DNA of 39,998 nt from Dimargaris cristalligena (taxonomy: Eukaryota). The notes beneath the pieces are model-generated. The model was not told where the DNA came from and searched no databases. It saw nothing but the letters and a program-made list of their open reading frames with translations. A program made the position numbers and the translations under genes. Below, one piece after another: positions 1-12,849 of the stretch (within the stretch, counting starts at the first letter, position 1; every line of letters begins with the position of its first letter). The stretch is from the NCBI GenBank assembly GCA_003614675.1, contig ML002344.1, forward strand, positions 1 through 39,998, read 5' to 3'.

Positions 1-3000
1 TAGGAGCGGAGTCCGACTCGGGTAGCAATGGGGCGGATGGTTCCAATTCCGTGGTGGTGGGGGAGGGAGGGGGCATAACCGAGACTAGCATCAACCGCCG
101 ACCGGATTTGGGTGACGGGACCTTGGGCTCATAGTAATTACCAGATTGGGTAGGATCGAGGGACTCAAGTCGCGGAGGAATGACATAATTGGACGGTAGG
201 CTGGGATCGGCGTCTGACGAATGGTGGGAGCAGTCGTCAGCACCGCTGAGCTCACTCCCGGACTCGGTCTTGGAGGGCGAGGGGGCCGCTGAATCAACCG
301 GGTTGTTACTGACTGCACTCACAAAGGAAGCAGAGTTAAAGTCTGACCCCAAAGACAACTTGGAAATCTGACGTTTAGACTGGCCTGCAAGGGGTACAGT
401 CAGGGTATCCGCTGGCACGGGGCTCGGCGGAACGGACAGGGCTGCGGGCTCGGTAACAGGGGCCGCTGCGGAAATGGGGGCTACGGATTCGAAGAAGGAT
501 AAAATAGAGCTCCGGCGGTTGGCGGGATCAGAGCCGGAAGCACTCGTCGATTTTTGAGTGCGGAATCGGCGACTAGTCCACGAGGGCAAGGCCAGGGAGG
601 TGCGGGCACCCGCTGATACGGTCGCTGACCCCAACGATAAACTAGCCCGGGGTGGTACCGGGTCTCCAGAGGGTGTCACCACTTTGGTTGTTACACATGT
701 CGGTGAATTGGTGGTCACCATAAGCACGGACGAGCGGTTGGAGAGGGGTGGGGAAGGGGATCGGCCGCTCCGGGGGCTTGTCCGAGTAGGTGGGCTACGG
801 GCCCGAGTGGTGGAATTCCGGCGACGCATCGAATTGCGACGACCCACCACAGTTGACGGACGCTGCTTCCGCTTGGCTTGGGCTTCCACGCGATAGTGCA
901 CTTGACAAGTGGCCGAGATATCCGCCATCCACTTCCGGGCCAGAGAGCGGTCAGGAGCCTCGAGAAGCAGAACTTCGCCCGAGCCTACATCAACCAATTC
1001 AAAGAAACGGGCGGGTTCGGTCATGAAAGGTTTGGGTTCGACGGGGCGCACCATGATGTTATTGGTGGACCAAGGCTACAAAGGGAAACATAATGGAGTT
1101 AGGGCAGTGGCGGAATGTAAGGGGGCGTTATTAACCATTGTTAAATCGGGCTGGAGCAGGGGATGGGGAATGCTATTACATAGTATATCGGCATTATATT
1201 GTCGTATGGGACGGTTCTTGCGGGACAGGGTTGGCTAGTCGGAGATGGACCGAATAAAGGTCTGTCCTAAATAGGATGGGCCAAAGCCGGTATCAAAGCA
1301 TCGATTATTTCTATTCCCGATGGCCAAGGCCGTCTAGGGCGGAGAGGTTTTGACCTCTTTTGATGTAGGAATAATGACAATGTGCCGGTGGGTAGACAAT
1401 AACACAAGCCCGTAACAATGAGTTAAAACTATACTTACCTGACGATACAATTCTTTACGACCTTCGGTAAAGATGGAGCGGGGAATTTTGACCAGTAAAA
1501 GTACGTCATTGAAAAGATGGAAAATCAGTTTACGATTGCCCTTCCACTTGGTGACGGTACCCTCAATCACAAAGTGACGTTTGCCAAGCAACGGGTGCTC
1601 GGCGAAGGGATCCCAGGTGACTCCAAAGCTTCCAAAGTCAACGGTGTCACGGATTTCTAGGCATTTGTCGAGGTCCTCCTGCACGCGCGTGATTTCGTTG
1701 GCCTTTTCGGTAAGTCCAGACATCATATCGGCCGCCAGCCGGAGCTGAAAGTGATCGGGGTGGTTCGGCTTGGTGTAATGCAGAATCTTTTTGAGCAGCA
1801 TGGGGTAGCGGCTGATGCGTTGTGTGGGTTGAAGTAGAAAGCTGGAGAGGGGCAGGCGCCCGCAACGGGGATTCTCGTTGGCCTTGAGCAGAAAGCGGGA
1901 TAAACGCTCGTCCGCGGTGGTTCGGGCCATGAGCCGTTTGATGGCCTTGGAGTGGTTGGCATTGTAGTCGACGTAGCAGTCGAAATTCTGGGAGAGGCTC
2001 ATGAAGATTTCACCAATGCAAGTCGGTTTGCCCGTCACGAACTCCTGTTCCACCTGGAGCTCGATCATACTTATAAGCTGGGCGCTGCAGAGCATTAGCG
2101 ACTCGAGATTGCAGAAGATAATGGTCATTTCCGACTCCTTCAGCATGTAGCTCATGGGGACGTAGAATACTTCCAATACGACATTGAGGTTTTTGAGGTA
2201 AGTACGCTCGGTTTCTAGAAGTTCCCGGATGGAATTTTCACGGGCGCCCTCCCGTTTCATACTAGCATTGCGTAGGAGAACACAGGGGTCTCCACTGGTG
2301 GACGACGAGGTGACAGAGGCGGCGGTGGGACCCAGGGTCTCGGTGCTGGTAGATTTCTTGAGCACGGGTACAAGGGGCAGGCCCGCATCGTTGAGCATAT
2401 CGGAGTCGCCGTTGCTAACGGACCGGTTGCGACCGGGCGAGGGGACGCGTGACAGTGCGTTCAGGTGAAGAGCGGACCGTGTGAGAATCTCGAGTGGGGG
2501 TGCGGAGGGTTCCGGGGGGAATTCTAGCGAAGGTGCATCCATGCCAGTGGGGGTGGAGTAGAAGCTGCTGGAGGTGGGGCTGGGTTCGCCATCGGGATGG
2601 CATGAACGACTGAGGCGGTGTTCCAAGTGACGGGGAATGGTCAAGTCGGGGACACTGTATGCGGACTCCTCCGGCGACAGGTAGGAGGCAAAGCGAAAGT
2701 GGGCGGGACGGGGCGGTGCCACGGGCCGAACGGCCCGCGGGGAGGCCGGTGGCGTGAGGGATATGGTGGTATGAACGGTGGTGGGCTTGGCGACGGCCAG
2801 TACAGGAGAGGCGTCGGGCCCACTGGGTAGGGGAGGAATAAAAGAATCGAGGGAGGAAGCGTTGGAATCGCGCGGGGAGGGGGTCCAGACGGGAACGTAG
2901 TCGGAGGAAGGAAGAGGATTCGACTCGTGGCGGATGAGGTTGGACCCCAAAAGAAAGGAGAGATAATGCGAGGAGACGGAGGGATTAAGCGAAGGATTAA

Positions 3001-3061
3001 CAGTTTGCCGGTAGTGACGGTGGTGGGTAGGGACACCGACTTCGTCCGAAGAATACCACAT
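1..3061 (-). CDS. Dbl-family Rho guanine nucleotide exchange factor (DH-PH, intersectin-like catalytic module) with S/P-rich N- and C-terminal regions; 3' end runs off the window
   Basis: Exon 1 is 3061-1439 (DH motifs RENSIRELLETERTYLKNL and LSSFLLQPTQRISRYPMLLKKIL; PH start HLFNDVLLL). Intron 1438-1076 (GTAAGT...TTTGTAG, phase 0). Exon 2 from 1075 continues in frame (LYRQ|PWSTNN...LEAPDRSLARKWMADI, the PH C-terminal helix) and stays open to base 1. Confidence 0.9.
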
Positions 3062-5228
3062 GGTAGGATAAATAGACGGGAGAGATAAACAATAGGGAGG
3101 GAGGGCGGTGGGACAGGGTGGTTGGTAAAAATTATTGGTGAGAGCGTCGCGCCAGGGGATGATAGGGAGGGGGGAGGGAGTGTGAGTAATAGTGGTTGTA
3201 GGGGGGAAGCTCTCAGGATAGGCTAAAGTCAGCGCTTTACAACGTCATGCAGCTGACTAGTGCGCGGGGGTAGAGAGTGAGAACGGGAGGGGCGTTAACA
3301 GTCTCTCAGCGGAGAAGTGCGAAAAGTTCCGTGTAGAAAACGACACTGAACCGAGAAGACTAGAGGGGATATGAAAAAGGAAGAAGGATTGGGGGATAAT
3401 ATCTGAAGAAAGGACGAATCAATTCGGGTGGATAACAACAATAGGGAAAGAGAGGACTTAGTTGGTTGGTTAATAATAGTAAGATATAACAGCGTTGGTA
3501 ATAATGGGTTGATGTAATCACCATAGTATATAGTAAACGCGAAAAAGGAGGAGGAATTCGCGAGTGGCTCGGCGGGTTAAGTAGACCCACCCCGCGGAAA
3601 ACCCTGATTGGGCTCTATCAAGCGACCCCCCGTATAGTATAGGAAGGGGTGTAGCAGTGAGTTGTCCTCCCACCCACTACCACAGGCTCAGCGTAAAATG
3701 AATCCAACCGGGGCAATGTGAGAGTCTATGCACTCCCAGTATTGGCGTGATAAGGGGCGAATAACGTTCGTTCGTACGTACCTACGCGGTCTCCACACGA
3801 CTGGGTGGAGGAATTGGGACTTAATCCGACAGTCGGAAAGCTTACAGATAAAGGGAGTATATCATATATAATCTGAAACCCCAAGGAAGCAGATGGCCGA
3901 GACGCAGTGAATGAGACAGGAGGTGGTCGCAATTAAAGAAGCGACCCGCAGTGGGGGAGGATTAATCGAAAGCCGGAAGTGAAACGGTTCCAAGTGTCTG
4001 GGAGGGAGACACTGTCCGAAACTGAACGGGTTCAAGCTTATTAAGCGGTGTTTTAACAGGGCAGTGGAAATACAAGAGAAACGCAGCAGGGCAACACAAT
4101 ATAGGGAAAAGAGGGAGCGGAGCGTCTTTGGGAGTGGCGTGCAGACTGGGCCATTTATATACAACGGATGCATATAGCAAGTGGGTGCATATAGCGAGAG
4201 GATTAGCGGACCAGGAATATATTTTTAGATGCGAATGAGATGCAGTTATTTCAATAGAGTGTGGGTGATCAGTGCATGACGGAAGAAGGCCCGATGGTCC
4301 TCCAGGAGGAGTAAAAATAGCTGGCTGGGACCAAGGCGCATATGTAAGAAGAGGAAGAATGTATGCGGGAAGGGTCAGTTGGGTGGGAAACCACACCCTA
4401 CCCTGTTGAAAAAGAGAGGGTTAGTTAGGGGATTGGATTGAGCTGGTAATAGACAGGGCTGGAACAATAGGCTGGGCCTGTGACTGGCCGAATTGGCGGG
4501 GATGGCCACCTGCAAGCCCCTCCCTTTTAAGACCCTAGGCTATTCCTCGTACAACCAAACTTTTCTGCCCACCGCTGTGTCTACCTGGAAGAATTTGGCT
4601 CCCCTTTTCGACTTTATCTCCGGGCGGTGTTCTTACGGAGGAAGACGCTGGTTCTATTACTGTTGCTATTCCCATACCCTAGGATATCTTCAGCCGGTTC
4701 TATACACTTGACCAGGGTTCATCACCATTCTGATACTCGGCAGAAAAAAGGGCCGACCATTCCGGCTTGAATCATTCCATCCGACCATGCCCTTTTTCCT
4801 TACTTGGCTACCGGCCGATGCTGGGGCCAGTATTCCACTAAAATCTAATTAAACTCCTTCTGTAAATGCACTAAACGACCAGGCATGCAAGGTTAGCCTC
4901 CGTGGCACGCCTTAAATACCGCTGGGTTGTCCCAGATCGAATTATCGGGTTGGCCGGGTGGCTGCGGAAGACTGATGTAACCAGAGGTCTCGGCAAACAT
5001 GCTTAGAGATTTGCCAAGAAGTTCTTTATTTCTATCAAAGCGACCGGGTACCTTCCGTTAATAACCCCCGGGCCCAATCAACCTACAGTAGAATCCGCTT
5101 TAAAGTCCGTCAAAGGAAACTGCGTAGCTTGGCCCGTAACGTGTTCTAGTCACGTCAAAGTAGTTCATTGCCAAATTATGCCACGGGGTATGTGTGTGAT
5201 TTCACCCCTGGCATGCTGGTATGGAAGA

Positions 5229-5361
5229 ATATGGGAGTAGTTCATCCAGGCTGTATAACGAAAAATCCATTACATTACTGGTTAAAATGGTTACTCCCGC
5301 ATACTCTCCCATACACAAATCATGTAAAACTTTATACAGCTGGCTTGGATTTCACCCATAT
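5229..5361 (+). mobile_element. MITE-like element, copy 1 (133 bp, short internal deletion)
   Basis: Starts ATATGGGAGTAGTTCATCCAGGCTGTATAA and ends TTATACAGCTGGCTTGGATTTCACCCATAT (imperfect ~30-bp terminal inverted repeats). Homologous to copies at 15478, 21013, 23923 and 26531. Confidence 0.8.
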
Positions 5362-8300
5362 CAACAAGGCCCACCCACATTGTACCCGGAATCCGGGTTA
5401 ATAGAAGCATAACTCGGGTGGAATATACTACAGCGGGTTGGATAGTGCTGAATAAAGCCCCATAAAACAGGGTCCGGTGGTGATAATATGCCCAGGGCAT
5501 GTGATAGTAACCAGTATCCTCGAGTATCTCTAGCACAGTTCTCCCGTAGGCATCTTTTGCGCTTTGGTAAATATCCCCTCTTTAAACCTTGTTTTTCTTT
5601 TTTTTTGCACCCAGTCAAGCCACTATACATACCCTCCGCAGGTAATGGGCAGTAGCCGCCGATAAATAAAGTAAAGGCAGGCTTACTGCAGTTGGGTATT
5701 GATTGATTACTTGGAACTTGTAGGGTTATCCTGGCCCCCATAGCGTGCTGGTCGCCCGGGTGCCACTCAATCAAATCCCCAAACCATCACAGCCACAAGC
5801 CCTCGGGTCTCACTGGGAGACTGGCCGAATAAACGGGCAGTGTCGGAAAGGTTGCCTCTACGAGTGATAGAGCGCCAATAAAAACAAGTCGTCCCTGGGA
5901 AACCCATTTGCATCCCTTAATAGACTGCCGCCTCAGTGTGTGTGAATCCCCATTTCCGCAATGTTTATCTCATCACCTGGCCTCTATTTATAGTTAGCGG
6001 ATTCCCAGCCTTTTTCGATTAGTCCTTCTTGAACGGGCTGTTATTTACTAACGGTTGGGCCTTGGTGAGTAATCGGCAATTTCATAATCGAGGGAACTAT
6101 AGTCCGGCGGGAATAAGCGATTCGGACGCACACCTCCACCTAAACCCTGGTGCCAAATAGTCGCAGCACGCTGGTCCTATCATACACCCGCTATGTTTTC
6201 AGGGCCGACCAGCTCTTTTGGACACCCTTTTCCAATAATACTACCATCAAGGAATTCCCAGAATGAATCACTCACTGGCCCTTGGCTGCAGCTAGGCCTT
6301 GGATCCTTAAACCAATTAAACCCCGCAACTGTATTTTAATACAGGGTATAGAGGCAATTTGGTCACACCAACCCCTTTTTTCTTCCTAACTTTCTTGTAT
6401 ATCAATCATGCCGATTCCCATGCAGAACCAAACTAAGCCCCAGTATTTAGTCGTGAGGCAGGGCTGCCTCACTTCGCCCGGGGTGGAGGCGGGTATGTCT
6501 CCCCCTCCCGAGTTATACTTGGTGAAGAAAAAATAATATTACTGCATCCCAAATCCCAAACCCACACTGTGCTGTATCAATCCCCCGCCAATGGCCGTGG
6601 TTCTTTTTTTAGACACCTGCGTCTAGTTGGGCCAACAAAGGATGGTCGGTGAGAACTCCACACTGCCGTCAGCTGATCCAGGCTAATTATATACCGGCCA
6701 GTAGTGGGGATTTTCCGCTGAAATCTGACTGGATGCCTGGGCTATCCAGCCTTGATTGGCATATTAATCACTGTAGAATAGTTTAATTATAGAATCACCC
6801 CTCTTAGTCTAAATTGTAAAGAGAAATCGGTGTATATATATATATCAACGCATCGATAATCGAAGGTGTTTGTTCCACACCCTGGGCAACTACTTAATCG
6901 CCGGGACTTCCATCACCACTAGCAATCGGAGTAGATTCATCGGGTTAGGAAAATAGTCGGAGAGTCTTTTCTCATGCCTCTATGAGGCGACCAAACCCGT
7001 TGCTGGTCGGCATTACTGACAATTATAAATCATCCCCAACTCGGTGTGGGAAATCCCAATCTCTCATTTGTAGGGGTGAATGTTGTCACTGTGAAGGGTA
7101 GATGTTTCGTCAATAGCGTCCACCTGCTTGGTGCAAAATAGCCCCAATACGTAGGGTAGAGCCGCCGGCGGTGGAAAAGACTGGGTAGGTCGGGTTTGGT
7201 CCAGGTGGTTGAATGGAACCCGATATTTTTTAATGTGGAATTGGTGGGCCAGCTCAGTGCTCTGAATTGGAAGTATACAGGGTTAAGAACGCTGGATAGC
7301 ACACCCACGCGTTGGCCAGAGGTAAGGCTGCTTTGTAAATGGAGGGGGTTTGTTAACACGGCACTGTGGAACGGTCCTGGGTGGAATACTACGAATAGAT
7401 TGGATAAAAGGCAACCCACGGTATATGAAACGTCGCATATCCCCCCTAGGGATGGCGTTTACCGTGACCACCACAGTCGATGCCCGACTTAGTAAGGCCA
7501 AACTCACTATGTTGTATGAATTGGAGGTAGTCAACCGTAATTCAATGAGGTTGGTACATAACAGGTTGGTTAGTTTAATGAGTGGATACTGCATGGTTTA
7601 CTAGCCACCATTACCTGGCAAATGGGCTCGCGATTGGTCAGTAATAGGGGATGACAGGAGCGGGTAAATTCCGAGACTGCGGTTGTATGGGGGGCTAGAG
7701 TAAGAGTGGCAAAACCGGGATATCAGCATGCTATGCTGCCTCATGTAAATGTTGGGTCTAAGCGGTGTAAGGTATACTTTCAGGCCCCAGGGGTTGGCCC
7801 TGCAATAACGCTGCCAAATTACCCATGGTAATGCAGTAAGTGCGGCATGCAATCAAAGTCCCGGCTATGGGCAACCAGATAAATATACCAGATCGTCTAT
7901 ATCCGGAGGATCCTGTCTGTAGAGTCGAGCCCCCGCTTCTTTTTCTTTTTGAAATTCGGCCGGTGATTAATGCCCCGATTTACCTTAACCACCCCGGCTT
8001 GGTGCTCCTAGTCGTGCAATTGATATCGAGTAGTGTAGTTTGTGGTTCAACTGGGTTCACGGCCATCGTCCTGTACCATTTTTGTTTAGACATCAACTGA
8101 ACCCAAAGCAAGGCGTATGCATTCACCAAGATCGTCAAGGCCACCAGCCGCCGTGAAGGGTTGCTGGCTCTAGAAGAATACAGCCAGTAAGTCGACATTG
8201 GCCCGGGTAGGTTGCGTCTCTGATTTTGCTGTTGGGCCTCACATAGTATCTCGGATAATATGAGCGTCTACCAATGGCCCAGTTCATTGCCATTGCTCAT

Positions 8301-10461
8301 GGGGAGTTCATATACTAGTGGATTCTGGCCTGTAGTATAGCTGGCCAGATGGATAGTATTGTTAACTCGCTGTTTTAGTTAGCCTAGGGTGAATCCAGCG
8401 CACTTGGTTACCCAGCCCGTATATCCGTTTACTGAGGAACGGGGTCGCCCGATTCCCGTTTTTTATCATGTTCCCTGTGAAGTAAAACCCACCTAGTGTG
8501 CCTACATGTACTTGGCGCATAGGCCAATCCTAAATTATACTTTAATTGTTGGTCAATGGAGTGTTAATGGCAATCAGCTGTCGGCCGAGAGTCGAACTCT
8601 GCGACATGGCCGGTAACGGTGGATTCATCGGGGCCCTATATATGTATGGTTTTTCAGGAATATTCCCACTGTTACACATACCAGTGAATGTCGCTCTTTC
8701 TCGGCTAGTCAAGGCCGACTACAAGTCCGAGATATCCGAGAACCTAAGCTGGGCCAGTATACCAATGCGGTAGCCGAGACGTGGGGATCGGAATAAAACC
8801 ATCGGATCGAATTCGGCCGGATCCACGGGACGGCAGATGCACCCAAGGGTCTAGGTAATCAACGAATGTAATAGGGGCGAATCACCGAAGCGGAAGGTCA
8901 ATAGTCTGAGAGGAGAGGCATCGGCTTAGATCCAGTCGATGTACCCTTTTATTCAGCCCTGGGGTGTGATTAATAGGAGACCTATACTCCACCGCGACTC
9001 CTTTTAATGCGCCAGGGGAGCCCGGTGAACAGATTGCATGCAACAAATTCGCCGGCTGAGTGGAATGATGAGGTGTGTGATACGATCAAGGGGTCAGGGC
9101 CGAAGCAGGCACTGTCAATTATATTGCACAGTAAATCACTAGTTGATGGCCATCGGCCCTAACAAAGCCCCAGGTAATCGGTACTGCCGATATCAGATGA
9201 GTGGTGTGGGTGGGATGACAGCCTGTTTCAAGACCTACAGGCAGATGAGCAACGAAGGTCGATCAAGGGGTTGCGAAGCCCAGTTCCGTGATCGGAATTT
9301 GCTGTTCCACACTACCGATAATAACTATTTACCCCGCTTCCGCGTAGACTCCGACGCTTGCCATCAACTGACAGCCCCTAGATGAACATAAAAGAGCGGA
9401 ATTAAAGGGAAATAACCGGTAATTTAGAGGCAGGTCCAGTTTTCTACCTATTATTGTGGACCGCCATCCATGAACGGTGGAATCAGCGGATCCCCTGGAC
9501 GAGGTATAGGCAAATGGTAAAGATAAATCGGAAGTGGTGCCCATTTCCTAATAGGACAAATGATACTGGTTTATGGATTCGTTTAAATTAGGTGAAATAA
9601 GTGGTGTCTGAAGATAAGTAAAGTAGATCTCGCTCACTATGCCAACCGGAGCGGATACTCTATACTAATCAAGAAGGTGGTATTTGTGTTGGTATTCTAG
9701 AGTGACCCATAGTATGTTATTGGCTTTTCGAAGTTTCCACCAAGACCACTTGGTCGGTTGTTACGGACAGTGTTATGGTCCTGGTCAACAAATTAGGGGA
9801 TCTCTAATAGTGGCTCAGCTATCAGTGAGAAACACCGACTGATTGTACTATTGACTGGAAGTTCCGACCAGTATGCTTGTCAGGGTGAAGGCCGTCAGGC
9901 AAATCAGCTTTCCAATCAGAATAGGACACTGAAGCACAGTAAGTAGGGGTCACGGAATTCTTAAAAATACCTTATTCTGTACGTATTTCCATCAATGCCC
10001 AATATTTAGGTGTCCTGATAAATTTAGCGACTACCAGCAGTTGTCGCCTCTCAGAATAGTATCACCAGTGCAATTCTCCAACTCTAGATTGAATTATTTA
10101 TAAGCACATTAGCCCTTTATATTTTGTAACTTTCTAGACAATCCACCAGGTCTAGTATTGGGGAGGGGGGCAATCTGCCTAGTTGTCCGACAAATCACAA
10201 GAACCTACCATTACTACACATGGCCCAATCGAGCCTATGGTTAAGTAAAGTGGCACTCGCTTGGGCAATTTTGTGGTACTGGAAATTAATGGCAAAGTAG
10301 AAAGAGGCACCTATGCGCCAACTATAGAACAAATCCTGTTTAATAACTGTATAATATATGTATATATAACTGACCCCAGGTAGGACATATTTCTTACAAG
10401 TTGCTCATCGTTCCTATTAGGAGTATCGCAATCACACCAGTTTCCAACTAAATTGAGAAAA

Positions 10462-12353
10462 TTAATAATATTGCGATTCGGCAATCTGTAGCAAATGGCT
10501 TTCTAGTTCCGGGTCTTCCTCTTCCAACTGGAACAGGGAATTGTTGAAAATGCTATCGGATGTATCCACGCTCCGGGCCCCTGTGGAGAGGCGGTGGGAG
10601 GTTGGCGCTGCGACAGGCTTGGCGCTGGAGCCTTGCTGGATCAACCATCGGGCCTGGCTCTGTAAGCCCCGCGTAATGAGATAAATACTATACCAAATCA
10701 AAGTGATTAGTTCCTAATGGCATTTGCCATTGGCTCAACAATTTTATATTCGAGACGCCCAGAACCGTTCCAGGTTATACTTCATAAACCAATCTAACCA
10801 TGGTGTGGCCTTTAAACCCCCACTTAAAATCTGTTTCAAAAACTACATGGACTAATAGCCAACCGAACTTACCTTGATAGTGTGGGCGAAGTGTTCCAAA
10901 ACCATATTGGTCCCGTTAGTGGGGATTCGCTTCATCATTTCTTGAAATAGCCGGATAGTATCCACAGGGTTCGAGCATCTGCACCAACGTATTGTAATAA
11001 AACCCACCCCAGTATATTTACAAAAGGTAGTCCAATTCCATGGAAACATTAAATCGTTAGTGAGGCAGGAGTAATGGGTTTTGCGATGCCCCTAGTTCAA
11101 CTAAAGGGGCGAATAATGTCGATAATTGGGACGTGAATGGCCTCGTGTGTGAAGTATACTGCAGTCATTGTCCATATGTCTTACCGTGCTATCCCTCTAA
11201 GACCTTCTTTTTCGTCCAGGCTCAGACTTACTGCCGGAGTGGGCAGAGAAGTTGTAATATATGTCGGGAGTGGCTTAAGGGGTATATGAAGGCTTGTTCC
11301 CGGCTGGTCTACATTCCAGAAGGACCATTGTATGTTTACGAGTGGTAGAGACGGTGGGGCGCTCTGCTCGGGTAAGGGCTGGTCGTATTCTGTGGGGGCC
11401 GCGGTCAATACGCCGAGAATGAACGGGTCCGAGTGGAACCCATGCAGGCCACAGGATAGCAGGAAGTCCCGTAAATTACCCGTTAGAGTCATTTCCCGCA
11501 TGGATGGATAGTTGGGCGACTGACCTCGGTAATGGTAATAACCCACGACCCGCTAGTTTGAAATGTAAATAAATAGAGAGAGATAAAACCACATGAACTA
11601 TGGCATTAGTTTACAACTAGCAATAAGGAAAGTGATGCATAATTCGGTCATATAATTTTGGATGAAGATGTCACTCTTTGGAGCAAAGGGGTGGGCGTAT
11701 TAGGTGATTAGTATACCTTGTCTCTGATTCCCCAAGAATGCAGTATGTCGCCATCAATTGACCCATCGGGGTTGTAGAACTTGGGGTCGGAACGGTTCCA
11801 TGGGTGGTAGTCGCTGATCTCTAAAAGTGGCCAAATCGGGGTAGCATTTGAATCAATTAACATATATTTATATATAGGCACCCAATATATCCCATTAGCA
11901 CCCAAATTCACTGGTTTTTTTTATAAAACCCCTATTTACGTTAAAGCTCTAGTTTCTCCCCATTAATTTCGGGAAGCCGTGTAAATGGTACAGAGGTATA
12001 GCCGGACTTACCCATCGAGTGCGCCGGTTGGAACTCGGCACGCCCATCATCGCTATCGTCGGTAATGCCAGATGTGACATGGTTCATGTGTATGACCCGT
12101 CCTATCAGAAATCCTTCCTAATAACCACGGTCAGTATAGCCAGTAACAAGGTTAAAGTATCAATGAGTACTGGATAAATACCATTACTTATGAAGTGAAG
12201 GGCCAATGCGGTCCGGTGTAAGGCTTGCTCGGCTCCCGCTGGAGTCGGTGAGGCTTAACTTACCTGAACCTCGGGGGACTTTTCCAAGTCTTGGGAGAGC
12301 CGCTCGAGAAGCGCGGGCGCAAGGTTTAGGGTAAATGGTGTGGCTTCGGCCAT
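10462..12353 (-). CDS. ABRAXAS/FAM175 (Abraxas1/ABRO1)-like MPN- pseudo-DUB scaffold protein, ~363 aa, 6 exons
   Basis: Exons 12353-12264, 12117-12012, 11820-11717, 11552-11232, 11091-10873 and 10713-10462, all GT...AG and in frame (1092 nt). Spliced protein: MAEATPFTLNLAPALLERLSQDLEKSPEVQEGFLIGRV...GITDD...EISDYHPW...KFYNPDGSID...RVVGYYHYRGQSPNYPSMRE...FILGVLT. This matches the ordered human Abraxas1 motifs EGFLLGEV / SITD / FSFYNSSGEVN / VVGWYKFRR / MTFRE / VFLLLT. Exons 5-6 rest on splice signals and frame only. Confidence 0.78.
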
Positions 12354-12849
12354 GACTATTACTCTCCGTGGGGTTTAAGTCAGAGATGCAGGTATAGGTC
12401 TAATGGGAAAATATGGCATAAGAAAAGGAAGACTGGCCCTCAAGGCTGATGAGCAATAGGGGGAAGGAACAGTACAAGAGGCAACCATGGTTGTACAAAA
12501 TCTATCAAGCATTCACCAAGGCAGCCCCACCCGGCCCACTGTCAACCTCGCCTTCGATAGCACACCGCTCACATTGCAAAACCATTTCAGTTTATATAGT
12601 TGGCTTGTTTTAGCTACTTGACCCATCCTCTACTTACATTTCCGAGGCAGCCCCACCGTTCTTAGTCGAGTCCAGCGCTGGTTAGATCGCCCTCTCCCGA
12701 AGTCACACCGCTAGCGAACGTAAAGCCCCACCTGTGTGCATTTCTCAACCTCGGCTTACAGCATTTAGGATAAACCTTTCCGGCAAGCCCCTACCTACGT
12801 TTTGTATTGCATTTACGCTTCTCAGCTCCAATATTCGATAGCTAACATT

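Noticed and set aside
1334-1438. C-terminal tail of the 575-aa ORF (VSIVLTHC...)
   Set aside because: Read-through into the intron after the AG|GTAAGT donor; the PH domain continues at 1075.
5168-5412. ORFs overlapping the first MITE (likewise 15344..15526 and 26576..26776)
   Set aside because: Chance translations of the repeat; the shared peptide SSSRLYNEKSI reflects the TIR.
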